Of a stretch of DNA of 64,000 bases, positions 13,139 through 25,697 are shown piece after piece (positions within the stretch are counted from its first letter, which is position 1; every line of letters begins with the position of its first letter). The stretch spans positions 44,888,001 to 44,952,000 of the forward strand of contig NC_043014.1 of the NCBI RefSeq assembly GCF_006345805.1. Direction: 5' to 3'. The position numbers were made by a program, and so were the translations under genes. Source of the stretch: Octopus sinensis. Its lineage: Eukaryota. The notes beneath the pieces were generated by a model. It was not told where the DNA came from and did not search any database. It worked only from the letters and a program-made list of their open reading frames with translations.

Positions 13139-14704
13139 TTGAGTTTCTTCTGGATTCTCTTCTTCTACTGAACCAACTGCCAGCTGAGATTCAGGTTCCT
13201 CTGCTACACCAGCAGCTGGATCTTGTACGGATTCTGGAGCGGCAGGTGGTTCCACTGGTATGGAACCCTGGCTTGCTCTTGGCGACATCTGAGGAGGTGT
13301 TTTATTCTGTAAGGAAGATTTGCTTTCTCTTTGAGATAGTTGAGCAGGAGGTGGTGTTTCGGCCTGAACAGAAGTTTTGCTTCCTGCCTTGGGTGATAGA
13401 GGTGCTTCATCTCGCAAGGAAGTTTTGCTTGCTCTTTGGGGTGACTGGGCAGGAGGTGTTTCCCCTCGCAAGGAAGTTTTGCTTGTTCTTTGAGGTGACT
13501 GGGCGGGAGGTACCTCAGCTGGCAAGGAAGCTTTGCTTCCTCTCTGAGATGATGGAGCAGCTGGTACCTCAGCTGGCAAGGAAGCTTTGCTTCCTCTCTG
13601 AGATGATGGAGCATCTGGTACCTCAGCTGGCAAGGAAGCTTTGCTTCCTCTTTGAGATGATGGAGCAACTGGTACCTCAGCTGGCAAGGAAGCTTTGCTT
13701 CCTCTTTGAGATGATGGAGCAACTGGTACCTCAGCTGGCAAGGAAGCTTTGCTTCCTCTCTGAGATGATGGAGCATCTGGTACCTCAGCTGGCAAGGAAG
13801 CTTTGCTTCCTCTTTGAGATGATGGAGCAACTGGTACCTCAGCTGGCAAGGAAGCTTTGCTTCCTCTTTGAGATGATGGAGCATCTGGTACCTCAGCTGG
13901 CAAGGAAGCTTTGCTTCCTCTTTGAGACAATGGAGCATCTGGTACCTCAGCTGGCAAGGAAGCTTTGCTTCCTCTTTGAGATGATGGAGCAGCTGGTACC
14001 TCAGCTGGCAAGGAAGCTTTGCTTCCTCTTTGAGATGATGGTGCAACTGGTACCTCAGCTGGCAAGGAAGCTTTGCTTCCTCTCTGAGATGATGGAGCAA
14101 CTGGTACCTCAGCTGGCAAGGAAGCTTTGCTTCCTCTTTGAGATGATGGAGCAGCTGGTACCTCAGCTGGCAAGGAAGCTTTGCTTCCTCTCTGAGATGA
14201 TGGAGCAACTGGTACCTCAGCTTGCAAGGAAGTTTTGCTTTCTCTTTGAGATGATGGAGCAACAGGTGCCTCAGCTTGCAAGGAAGTTTTGCTTCCTCTT
14301 TGAGATGATGGAGCAACCGGTACCTCAGCTTGCAAGGAAGTTTTGCTTTCTCTTTGAGATGATGGAGCAACCGGTACCTCAGCTTGCAAGGAAGTTTTGC
14401 TTTCTCTTTGAGATGATGGTGCAACTGGTACCTCAGCCTGCAACGAAGTTTTGCTTTCTCTTTTAGATCCAAGAGGAGATGTTACAACCGGCAAGGAAGT
14501 TTTGCTATCTCTCGGAGATCGTACAATATCAGCTACATCACCCTGGACGGAAGCTTTGCTTCCTCTCTGAGATAATCGAGGTGATTGGATTGCACCCTGC
14601 AGGGATTGCTGGCTAGCTTTAGCAGATAAAGGAGGGCTGGGTAATTTTTCAGCTATAGCAAGTTCTTCAGCGGCAGGCACGTCACCTATTTCCATTAGGG
14701 GTTC
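13139..14704 (-). CDS. Large internal exon (522 codons) with tandem 18-aa Ser/Pro-rich repeats of the IQ protein
   Basis: ORF 13088-14695 extends to acceptor ttctacag|GAA CCC CTA ATG at 14704. Donor ACT CAA|gtaagt at 13139. Length is 1566 nt, phase 0-0, no stops. Confidence 0.88.
13415..14440 (-). repeat. Coding minisatellite, 54-nt unit: 17 near-identical plus 2 diverged copies of (P/Q)AEVP(V/A/D)APSSQR(G/E)SK(A/T)SL
   Basis: Unit is directly visible, e.g. plus strand ctggtacctcagctggcaaggaagctttgcttcctctctgagatgatggagcag (54 nt). Units were counted in the translation. Confidence 0.95.
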
Positions 14705-16239
14705 CTGTAGAATTATTTATAAAATATAATAAGTAAAACATGCAAGATTCAACATAAACATAGAACATCAATATCCAGAAAAATAGATTTTCAAACAAAG
14801 ATATTAAAACATGCAGCCATTGACAAACTGTTTTGATAGACATAAACACAGGATTAAAAAACATTATTTTTGGCATGACAAGGGGAAGTACATTGAAAAT
14901 TATTATCATCATTGTATTAACACTGTTGTTATCACTAATATCATGAGTTTCCACATCTATCAAATAAAGCTTATATAGTTATATAAAGAGTGTGTGTATG
15001 TGTGAGACGAGGAGAAATAGGAGAGAAGAGGGCAGAGTGAGAAATAGGAAAGAGGAGAGTTTTAATTATGCAACACTGGGGAATTTGTGTCCCCTGCTGT
15101 GAGGGGCTTGAGAAGATTATATTAGCATCATTACATTGTCCTAAAAGGAAGCCAAAAGGAAAAGTTGACCGGGCATAAAGGTAATTAACTACTACAGGAC
15201 AAAATAGCACAAGGTATTGTTGATCAATGCACTGATTCTGCCATCTTGTGATGCGATTATATTATTTACAGTAAGAAAGATAACTTTGTTGTGAAGAAAA
15301 ACGACTATAAATTCATTAGCTAATTTCTTCTTTCTATCTAATACATTAACCAACAAATCAAAATAGATTTGTGATTAACTTAGACATGGCATAAAAATTA
15401 CCGATGTCTCCAAAAGAGTGAGTGACGTGGAGTTATGTGACAACCAACGAACACTGAAATATTTTCCAAAATCCAAGGCTTTTATAACTGCTCAACTTGA
15501 CTAAAAATAATTGAAATCCATGACAGATATTCTTTACGAAACTTCTAGAATCTTTATATGAGCAGTTATATTAACCAATGTAAAAAAACAAAAATGATAA
15601 TTCTTCGGCAAAGACATTACGTCATATTGCCAATTCGCGCCACATTTCAAAATGACTAAAATGGTTATTGCTACACTATTAATCCATATGCTCAAACACT
15701 GCAGTGATAGATGGAAGGGAGTAATAGAAGAGAAAGAGAAAGTGAAAGAATAGTGTCAGGGGTTAATGAGAGTAGTTGGGTTTGGGTTTGGGGTTGAAAA
15801 GGAGGATAATATAGGAAGAGGGGGAGTAAAAAATTTATGCCTACACTGACTGGTAGAACAGAAAGAATAGTAATGGGTTCTATTTTCATTAACTTTTGCC
15901 AGAGTAATTCAGTAGATATTGGTGACAAATGGTAGAAGGAAAAGGGGAGGGCCACAAGCATAGATACATATGGAATTTTTATTTTTCTGATGGGAGTAGA
16001 GTTCACTGTTTCTCTGTTTACTATAAATTTGATTTTTTTTCTAAGTTGGCCATATCCGGCCAAAATAGTTAATCTGTTTTATGTTCAAACTGACCAGATC
16101 CAAGCTCTCACACCTACCCTACAATGTTATTCTACATTAAATAATTACACCATCAAGATCTTGAAGATATGAGATAATGCATGATAAATTCAAATCAATG
16201 GGAATCAATAGGCATTATGTTTGATTGAATAATCTGAAC

Positions 16240-16700
16240 ACTAAAGTGTTAAGGCCTTTGATTCCGGGCTTTGCTTCCACACCTAGAATTTCTTTTTCTG
16301 CTAAAGTTTCAGCTATAAGAATGAGGTCATCAGCATAAAGGGATTTTCATAGGCAACCAATCTTATGATAAAAAAAAAAAACAAAATGAAAAAACCCTTG
16401 TTACAGCCTGGAGGTCTATGATGAATAGGAGAGAACTGAGGACTGAACCTTGGTGAACTCCTACCTGCACACTATCATTGCTGTACTTGGTGCTAACTCT
16501 CAGATTATCTATATACTTTAACTTCTCAACACCTCACCTATAGCATCTACCCTTTTCCCTATTCTCCTTCTTAGTTGTTGGGACTCTAGTTTTGTGAATG
16601 AAGTCATGCATGACCCCTTTACAGGTGAAGAGATTTATTGAAAATTTCTTATATCTCTACTTCTCATGTCATCTCAGCATGTATCTTTTGCTTTTAACAA
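16240..16700 (-). mobile_element. Decayed RTE-clade LINE reverse-transcriptase fragment
   Basis: Minus translation VQVGVHQGSVLSSLLFIIDLQAVTR and LYADDLILIAET (RT motifs QG and YADD), with indels. Confidence 0.8.
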
Positions 16701-16899
16701 TACAGCTAAGATCATTTAGTTAAATGTATATACTGTACAGTGTTTCTATGGGTAAATGTCCATCTTAGAAATTAGTGATATTGTGTACAGAGTGAAACAG
16801 GTATTAGGTGAGCCCACAGAATTTCAAACTAATTCAAGCAAGGCTATCTACTTAAAACTGTTTCATCAAAAAGGTTCCAAGTTAAAAATTCAATCTGGA

Positions 16900-17150
16900 T
16901 GTTTATTTAAAAGTGGAGGAGAGCTTTTACTTCTGTTGGCAACCAAAGTCTCTATTGGAAAGAGAGATCTTTCCAAGTGAAAAGAAGATTGTATGATGCA
17001 TGCATATAAAAGCAATTCTACATGATAGTGAGATGTGGGCCTTGAATGCTGAGGACATGCAAAGGCTAGAGAGGAATGGAGCTAGTATGCTCTGCTGGAT
17101 GTGCTACGTCAGTGTATATGTGTGACAAAGGACAAGTGCAATGAGAGAAA
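16900..17150 (+). mobile_element. Decayed RTE-clade LINE fragment downstream of RT
   Basis: Plus translation ELLLLLATK...RLYDACI...ILHDSEMWALNAEDMQRLERNGASMLCWMC. Confidence 0.7.
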
Positions 17151-17639
17151 ACATCCATATGCATCTCAGCTGAAGGGGTTTTTTCTTGCAAGTTACTAGG
17201 TGATCCTGCTGGTGCTGTCACCAAATAAAAAGGACTGGTGTTAGTGCCATGTAAAAAGCACAGGTGATAAGCCTACATAAAAAGCACTGATCTCCCATGT
17301 AAAAAGTATCCAGTATACTGTGTAAAGTGGTTGGCTTTAGGAAGGACATCCAGCAGTAGAAACCAAACCATGACAGACAACGGAGCCTGGTAGTCTCAGC
17401 CATACCAGCTTGTGTCAAACTGTCCAACCTATACTGGGATGGAAAATGGACATTAAATGATGATATATACAGGGAAGTCATGGCTGAAAGGATTTTGGTC
17501 ATAAGTGTTCTTGACCAGGGCTGATATGGCTAAAACATGATTTTGCAACAAACATGATTCTAGTTGGTTACCATGTCGCAGTATGATTAGATAACTTCAC
17601 ATGTTTACTAGCACATCAAGTCATTGTCCTTACTATAGT

Positions 17640-17876
17640 AAAAGCACCATCTGAACGTGGCCGATGCCAGTGCCGCCTTGACTGGCACCTGTGCCGGTGG
17701 CACATAAAAAGCACCCACTACACTCGCGGAGTGGTTGGCGTTAGGAAGGGCATCCAGCTGTAGAAACACTGTCAGATCAGACTGGAGTCTGGTGCAGCCT
17801 CCTGACCTCCCAGACCCTGGTCGAACCGTCCAATCCATGCTAGCACAGAAAACGGACGTTAAACGATGATGATTAT
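17640..17876 (+). mobile_element. Family D retroposon (5'-truncated)
   Basis: Shared 3' end and (GAT)n tail. Confidence 0.8.
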
Positions 17877-20093
17877 GATAGTGTTACTATGTTTTCAATT
17901 GAGCAACACAGTGTCTCCCTGTCATAATTCTGTACAAAATCTCTTATATTATGAGAAATCTGATTTCAATTTTCACCAAGATCTTTCAGTATTTTTTATC
18001 ATTTCTTTCAGTTTGTTTACACACATTTCCATTTTTATCATGAAAAAAAAAAAAATCAATGATTCACAAAAGCATATACATGCATACAGAAAGTCTATGT
18101 GCAAAAAAGATAGCGGGAGGGAAAAAGAGTGAAAGTTTAGGCCAAATAGTACAAACAGTATATGTTGTGTGTGTGTGTGTGTGTGTGTGCAGAACACATA
18201 TATGTTTAATATAAATAGTGCAGAAAGTAATGTTAAAAACTCAAGATGCAATATTCTTTGAAACACACACATTATTCTTCTCTTGTTCAAAAGGTAAAGA
18301 ATAATAAACTATATTGTTTAGCTTATCAAGAATAAATAACACATCCTCTCTGTTTCAATTTCTGTCTAATACTTTTATTGTTTTAGTGATAGTCTCTTTC
18401 TAAATAACAATTATTGTTGCTTCCTTGACTCAATGTTGCCTTACAACTTATCTAAATTGGAATTTATTTGAGAAGTTTCAGTTAAAGTTTTCTAAAATGT
18501 TAGCAATAAATTGCTTAATGAACTCTTTGTTTATAGTAAAAGAAGCACTGAATTGCATGTAGGGGCAAGAATTTCAGGCATCTCTACTATATTTCCTATC
18601 TTTTGAAAACTTTTATAGATGATGCAAGCAATATGAAATACAGAATATAACATTTTTCTTTGACATAAGCAGTTTAAAACAGATGCATGCAGAGACTCAA
18701 AAAGAAGATTGCTGTAGTCACAATTGCAAATACATTAATTGCTAATCAGAAAATAATGCATATGGTTTCAGTGAGTAGATTAATAAAAAATATTATTCTA
18801 CAATACAAGTACCACAGTTTGTGGAAATAGAAACAAAATGATGATAAAGTTTGTTAGACCAAATTTGAACAAAACACAAAATGGTTAGAATAAATCAGAA
18901 AGAAGGCAAAAATTTTTAGCTGTAAAATAAATACTTTCATTGTTATTTCTTATATAAATGCTGAAAGAATTATCTAGAATCATTACAAATTTTGTACAAA
19001 ATAAGCAATCAAAGCTGTCTTGTCATATTTTACTGCAATGGAAAAAACATAAATTAGCTATACATTAGAGGCATGAATGTTATTAAATCTACCTTTTGGA
19101 AATTAGATAATAGAAAATTAGCCCTTTGTGTGTATGTGACAAAAATGTGGCATCAGGTGCTAAAATTTATAAGAGTTTTACCTAAATGCATTAGGAGTTT
19201 GAAGCAAAATCCAATAATTCATTCATAATATAACCTTCAAGATTGCAGAATCAGGGCAGTTGAGAATGGGTGGTGGGAACCTAATATTGGCAGCAATAAC
19301 TTTTCATGATTAATGTGACATTTTTAGAATATTAAAAAAAAACAACCTAATGCCAAGAAGAAATAGTTGAAACCTTAATTAGATGTGCAACTGACTGGGA
19401 AGTTACAAGCAGTGCATAAGCTTTTACCGTGATCCAGTATTGCTTACTAATGAAAACACCAAGTCACAATTTGGCAAAGAGAATAATTGATCATATTGAA
19501 CTAGTACTTAACTAGTAATTTATTTTACTGATCATCCCCAAGCCTGAGAGGGAATAAACTGACCCAAGTGGAATTTGATCTCAGGACTAAATATTGCAAG
19601 GCATTTTGTCCTTTATTCTACCAATTCTGACAATCCACTATTCATATATTGCTAAGAATTGGTTATATTCAGCTACAAGTTAATATTAATGAATGCTGTA
19701 TAGCAAATACTTTTATCTAGCTAGGACTGGTTGGAACCTTATGAAGTGTACTATATCGTTCTGTGTAACCATGAAAAAGAAGACATTAAAATGATGGTGA
19801 TGATGATGAGGAGGAGGATGTAATCTAAAGAATACAAATACAATCAAGGAGCTGTTTAATGCATTTTATAATCATTAAATGGCACATGACCCCGCTGCAG
19901 GTGTGGCTGTGTGGTTAAAAAGTTTACTGTGCAACAATGTAATCCAAGTTTGATCTCACTGTGTGATATTTGGGAGCAAGAATCTTCAACCACACCCTCA
20001 GGTTGAGTGAAATTTGGCTGAAGGAAATTTCAAAAATTTGTCTCACGCACACACACACAAACATGCATGTGCAAATATGTATCTATGTGTATA

Positions 20094-20400
20094 TCTTTAT
20101 ATATAAAATTGAAGTTGTTTGTGTGAGACTCTGTCTCCTCCGATTTAGATTCCTAACTACTCCCACATTTTGCGGTGCAGTTTAACCAAAAGCGGGTATC
20201 TTATAGTCGTCATTCATATCGAGCCCTTCTGGGTATTAGTGCGCGTCTAGGATGAGTCTACGATTTAAAAAAAAATTTACCATCATTTTTCCGCATTTTT
20301 AATGATTTTTGCTCGGGTTATATAAGGGGAGTAACTCTCTAAAAATGCTTATATAGTAATTTCCCTTACAAACCCGAGCAACGTCAGGCGATATTGCTAG
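20094..20400 (+). mobile_element. Non-autonomous Helitron, family 2
   Basis: Starts TCTTTATATATAAA and ends aaacccgagcaacgtcaggcgatattgCTAG|t. Interior differs from family 1 and is homologous to 63433-63830. Confidence 0.75.
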
Positions 20401-21352
20401 TCTTTGATATAAGCTGGCGAAGGCTGTAAACATTAAGAAAACTGAGTAACTGGCGCTTTCCAAACAAAGTCTCTCACATTATGCGCTTTGCCTCAATTTA
20501 GAGGTTCCCATCATTCTTGCAATAGGAAATGCAGCGAGTCAATGGTTGTCCCGTTTAAAACCTGTAAGCAACAACACACTACAATTCACAAATTAGGATA
20601 TTAAATAAAATATTGCATGATTTAATGCATGCATTTTAGCGCAAGAAATTGTCATCACTGCCATCAACATTGCTATGACTACCAACAACAAAGAATGACC
20701 ATCACAAACAACAAATAAAAATCATCACCACCAGTATTTACCATTATCATCACTTATTTTCTCATCTTTTTCTCTGACCTTTTCCTCTCTCCCCTTTGAG
20801 TTACTTCCCTCGGTGTAACCCAATAGGTAGGTAAGAATGTACTACGATACTAAATACGATTTATGCTTTTAATTAGGTAACATTTGACCAGAAACCAAGA
20901 ACAGATATAAGCAACAGAACTTTTCACCACCCTAATCAATAAAGACTATCGACAAGGGACTCTTTGAGTCAACCTGCTTGAAATAACAATCTCCCTCAAA
21001 TCACAAGCTGTCTTTAGAAAAGAAAATTTCATTATGCCTAGAAAAGGGTTGTGAAGGTCATATATAGAATGTCATTGATTATCATAGGTCTACTCAATCA
21101 AGATTAACTTGGAGCTAAACAAGACTTTTTGCTTTTTTTCACAAATAACAACTGAAATTGTACAGAACTAAACAGAACTTTAGTGAACTACAGATGAAGC
21201 TGATTGATAAGATATCTTCTACAAACTGGTGTATTTCATGTACGTCACAGATGTTGGTTATCTTCTGGCTAGACATAGCACACTGATGAAACATTATGAG
21301 GATGTTTTATGAGGGTGTTTTATATTATGAGTATGCTTTACTGACAGAATAT

Positions 21353-21770
21353 GGATCTTTTCGGTTTGAACGGCAGTTTTTTCTAGCGGTGTCATATGAA
21401 ATTGTCACCCATAATTATGACCCTAGTATCGATCTATTGCATTTCAATCTGTTTTAGGGTTAGGGTTAGGGGTAGAGGGAAGGGTATTTTTTTCTTCAGA
21501 AATGTAAAGAATCCCAATCTGTTTCTTAAACAAGGGACATATTCATACGGCATGGAATGTTTTCTCCTCAAAAGACGTCATTGATTGGTTGAAATTGCAG
21601 AAATTGAAGAAAAAAAAACACAACAAATATCTTACAAACTATAGAATTTTCTCAATAAAGCCAAGAGAAAAAGATGTTTTATAAACACATTCTACCAGTA
21701 TACGAAGATTAAAAATGTTTAGTTACGTGGAAATTATGTTAAAAAACTGCCGTTCAAACCGAAAAGATCC
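21353..21770. mobile_element. 418-bp MITE with 30-bp perfect TIRs, 8-bp TSD and internal (TTAGGG)3; Merlin-like
   Basis: TIR GGATCTTTTCGGTTTGAACGGCAGTTTTTT at both ends; TSD CAGAATAT at 21345-21352 and 21771-21778. Confidence 0.85.
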
Positions 21771-22337
21771 CAGAATATTGTTATCAAATATCAGCTAGGA
21801 TACAAAATAGAAACCTGAAGCCTACAAAGCAAGTTTAGGAAATCTTAAAAATCAATAGAGAAATTTTCACTCCCCACCTTCATTACTTTTTTCTTATTTA
21901 GTTTCTTTGAGATGTTATTACTTCATGTGAACAAACACATCACAGAGTGAGGAAGACTTTCCAGTCTTATGGGATATCAGGCAACGTCACTCATGCTTGG
22001 CACCATGACAATACACTTAGTACACTCTATAAAGTAGTTGGCAAGTAAGCAGAGACCACATTGGGTTGAGAGGGCGTCCGGTGCTGGTGCCGTGATACAA
22101 TGCACTCAATAAAATGACTGGCGAGTAAGTAGGGGTGTGAGGACCCCTATATCACATTGAGGACACAATCTCTCAAATCCTGGTGATACAATAAACATGC
22201 ACTTGGTACACAATGAAAGATGGGTGGTGATAGAAAGGTGCATCTAGACAGAAATGAAACATACAAGCAAGATGTAAACCCTTGGCCCCTCTTAGGGGAC
22301 AGTAGCCCTGAATATAGACAAACTAAAAGCAGGACAA

Positions 22338-22753
22338 CCTATTTCTTTATTACCCACAAGGGGCTAAACACAGAGGGGACAAACAAGGACAGACATAGGT
22401 ATTAAGTCGATTACATCGACCCCAGTGCGTAACTGGTACTTAATTTATCGACCCTGAAAGGATGAAAGGCAAAGTCGACCTCGGCGGAATTTGAACTCAG
22501 AACGTAAAGCAGACGAAATACCTATTTCTTTATTACCCACAAGGGGCTAAACATAGAGGGACAAACAAGGACAGACATAGGTATTAAGTCGATTACATCG
22601 ACCCCCAGTGCGTAACTGGTACTTAATTTATCGACCCTGAAAGGATGAAAGGCAAAGTCGACCTCGGCGGAATTTGAACTCAGAACGTAACGACAGATGA
22701 AATACGGCTATGCATTTCGCCCGGCGTGCTAACGTTTCTGCCAGCTCGCCGTC
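22338..22753 (-). mobile_element. SINE family C with a tandem 183-bp internal duplication
   Basis: Near-identical units start at 22338 and 22521; tRNA-like head (ggcgagctggcagaaacg) at the right end. Confidence 0.85.
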
Positions 22754-23065
22754 CAACCGATGCTAACATTGAAAGCAGATGTAAAGTGATGTTAATGATG
22801 ATGATGATGATACAATGGAATAAATATGGGAATGCATTTAAACACAGGAAAAGAATACTCAGTACAAAGCAAACGGTAATATGAAAATTAAGAAACTTGA
22901 CAACTGGTCTTCGTTAATGTGACTGAGTTTTGTTTTTCAGCTCATCAGGTGACAGTGATACATACATACTTGCATTCATTGATGCATACATGTGTATCAA
23001 TTTACACATACATCCACATTATATCTTTATATACATACATACATATATGTACATATTTATATATT

Positions 23066-23135
23066 ATTGCATCGTGGAAGGTGTTTATAAGCCATTTAAT
23101 GTTAAATGACTTATAAACACCTTCCATGCTGCAAT
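23066..23135. repeat. Short near-perfect hairpin (stem about 33 bp)
   Basis: attgcatcgtggaaggtgtttataagccattta / taaatgacttataaacaccttccatgctgcaat. Confidence 0.9.
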
Positions 23136-23270
23136 TATTTTTGTTGTAGCACACAATCTCAGATCAGGCCACTTGCTATGCAAGTACATCTCCATAATAT
23201 ATATATATATTTCGTTTTGGGATTTGGTTTGTAAGATTCTTTATGTGAGTTCGTGTGTTGAAGCATATTC

Positions 23271-23531
23271 TGTTGTGTCTTGGGAGAGTCATTTTCTTTT
23301 TGTGCCTTTTGATTTAACACACTCACCGGTAAAATTTTCACTTATTTCTTATTTTTATTTTCCTAAAATTTTCGTTGCATCTTGCAACCTTTTCAGTCAA
23401 GACTATTGAAAAGGTTGCAAGATACAATGAAAATTTTAGGAAAATTTAAATAAGTAATAAGTAGAAATTTTACTGGTGAGTGTGTTAAATCATAAGGCAC
23501 AAAAAGAAAATGACTCTCCCCAGACACAACA
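23271..23531. repeat. Long inverted repeat (arms about 125 bp, spacer about 11 nt)
   Basis: tgttgtgtcttgggagagtcattttc...gcaaccttttca pairs with tgaaaaggttgc...gaaaatgactctccccagacacaaca. Confidence 0.9.
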
Positions 23532-25194
23532 GTATATATATATATATATATATTGATGATGATGACATACACACATACATACACACACACTGCACATATA
23601 TATGCTACATAGTAGATACTATGTGGTACTTCTCTCTCTCTGTATGTATGTCTGGTTTTCTAATGTAAGTTTTTCCAACTTGGATTGCAAGAAAGTCTCT
23701 TTCCAATATATAGTTCTTCACAGAATAGTCACTCTGGAATTCTTTCATTTTCTATACAAGCTAAATGGCAAGAAAGCTTCTATGCTTATAATTGCTAACT
23801 CCAAGACCACAATATCACTCACTAGTTTTTCCAATAATTGCACTAAAATACCTATTTTAGTGCAATTAATTTATATATATCAGTGAAACCATAGCAAAGA
23901 TTGTAATTTTTCAAAAGATATTTATGCCTTCTGAATTCCATGTGCAATTTCATGATCAAGATTTGCATCCATGTTTAACATGAGGCTAAGATATTTGAAG
24001 GCAAGAAATGCTTTCAAAGTTTTACCCTATACCTTTATCTTAGAATCCACAACAGTTTCATCAAAGTTTATTGCGAGGCCTAACATATTACATTCCAGTA
24101 AAATTTTGTCCATGAATGTTCAAAGATGTATGCCATCAGCATACAAGAGTTGTCTTAACAGAGATACAAAAATGAGTAATTTAGAACTAAACTCTTTCTT
24201 TAAATTTTTCTTTTTTCCCTCTCTACACATACAAACATATCAGAATCATCATTTAATGTCTGTTCTCCATGCTGGCATGGGTAGGACAGTTTGATAGGAA
24301 CTGGCCAGCTAGAGAGCTACCCAAACTCCAGTTTGTTTTTTGGCATGGATTCTACAGCCAGATACCCTTCCTAACACAAACCACTTTACAGAGTGTACTG
24401 GGTGCTTTTAAAGTGGCTCCAGCATGGACACTTTTATGTGGAGATGGCACAGGCACTTTTGCATGGTACCAGCATGGGTGCTTTTATGTGGCACCAGCAC
24501 CCATGAGTGTGCAAGACTAGGACCTCTCTACAGTTATAGTAGATGCTGTTCTGCCAACAAGATCAGAACAAGACTTTCCAGGCATGGATCCATGGTTTTG
24601 TGGGTTTTGTGGGACTAGTGGATGCCTCCAGCATGATTAAATAAATGAATCGAATGGCTTTTGTGTGTTTCTTAAATGGCTTACAAACACCTTCCATGCT
24701 GCAATTGTTTTCGTTCCAGCACATGATCTCAGATCAAATCACTTGCTATGCAAGTACATCTCCATAATTTAAACACAAGTTTGTGAGGTATTAAACCTTT
24801 TCCAAGAGCTAAAATCTGGAATAGAAATGACAGGTGAATTTAGTATTTAGGGAGCTTACCTTAATGGTACAAGGATACCCAGTGGGCAATGCATACTGTT
24901 TGTATGATAGAAAATTACCAAAGAACTCTCTCCAAAATCCTCTTTCAAATTGAATATAATAATTTCATAATCAAAGCATCACAATATTTATGAACAAGCC
25001 AATGAAGAAACCTCTATACAGCAGCCCAACACGCTAGAAATAGCAGCCAAATTTCTTTCATATGAAGCCATATGGTCTAATAAATAAGAAGAATACATAG
25101 GATAACTCAGTTTGAGATACTCCATATAGAATATAAAAAAAACAGGATTGGTCATTGCTGAAATGGCTTTGATCATAGTGCTGATCAGTCAGAG

Positions 25195-25697
25195 CAGACC
25201 GGGGACTAAACAACAGCATCTCGTGGTCATAAGAACGCAATTTCGATTCCCAGACCGGGTATTGTGTTTATTGAGCAAAAAACTCATAAGCTCCATGAAG
25301 CTCCAGCGGGGTGATGGTGGTGGTGAACCCCGCTGTACTCTTTCACCACAACTTTCTCTCAATCTTTCTTCCTACTTCTGCCACAAAGCAGAGGAACCAT
25401 CGTGTAACCCACTATGGTGTGGTAAACTGTCAGACCCTGGTCTAGATTGCGAATCCTCTGTACCCCAGGATGGTTCAGCTCTCCACCCGTTAAAAGCCAC
25501 TGTTTACGGAATGAGGATAACAACGTAGCTTTTGCGCCCGTGCAACCGCCAGTCTATCGCGTGTGGTGGGTGGATTTTCAAGTTGCCACACGCATTCTTA
25601 GTAGCTTAGAGTAGGCTCGAATTAGAGATTATTCTTTGTGGCAAATGGCGTGAGTCCTGATTGGAGAAGAAGAAGAAGAAGAAGAAGAAGAAGAAGA
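25195..25697 (+). mobile_element. SINE with family-B-like 5' part, different 3' part and (GAA)n tail
   Basis: ttcgattcccagaccggg...gctgtactctttcaccacaactttctctc is shared with family B, then GC-richer unrelated sequence ending in (GAA)n. Confidence 0.55.

Noticed and set aside
13114-14466. 450-aa antisense ORF (LVPQLARKLCFLFEMMEQ)n
   Set aside because: Shadow of the coding minisatellite: one stop-free 18-codon unit gives a long ORF automatically. It begins at a TTG and its ends coincide with the array.
13204-14472. 422-aa alternative-frame ORF (CQLRYQLLHHLKEEAKLP)n
   Set aside because: Same repeat artefact. It starts at TTG, and the splice phases and non-repetitive flanks support the PAEVP frame.
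20770-20835. Plus-strand poly-Y/AG...GTAGGTAAG exon-like unit suggesting a nested gene
   Set aside because: Isolated; I found no partner exons or meaningful frame.
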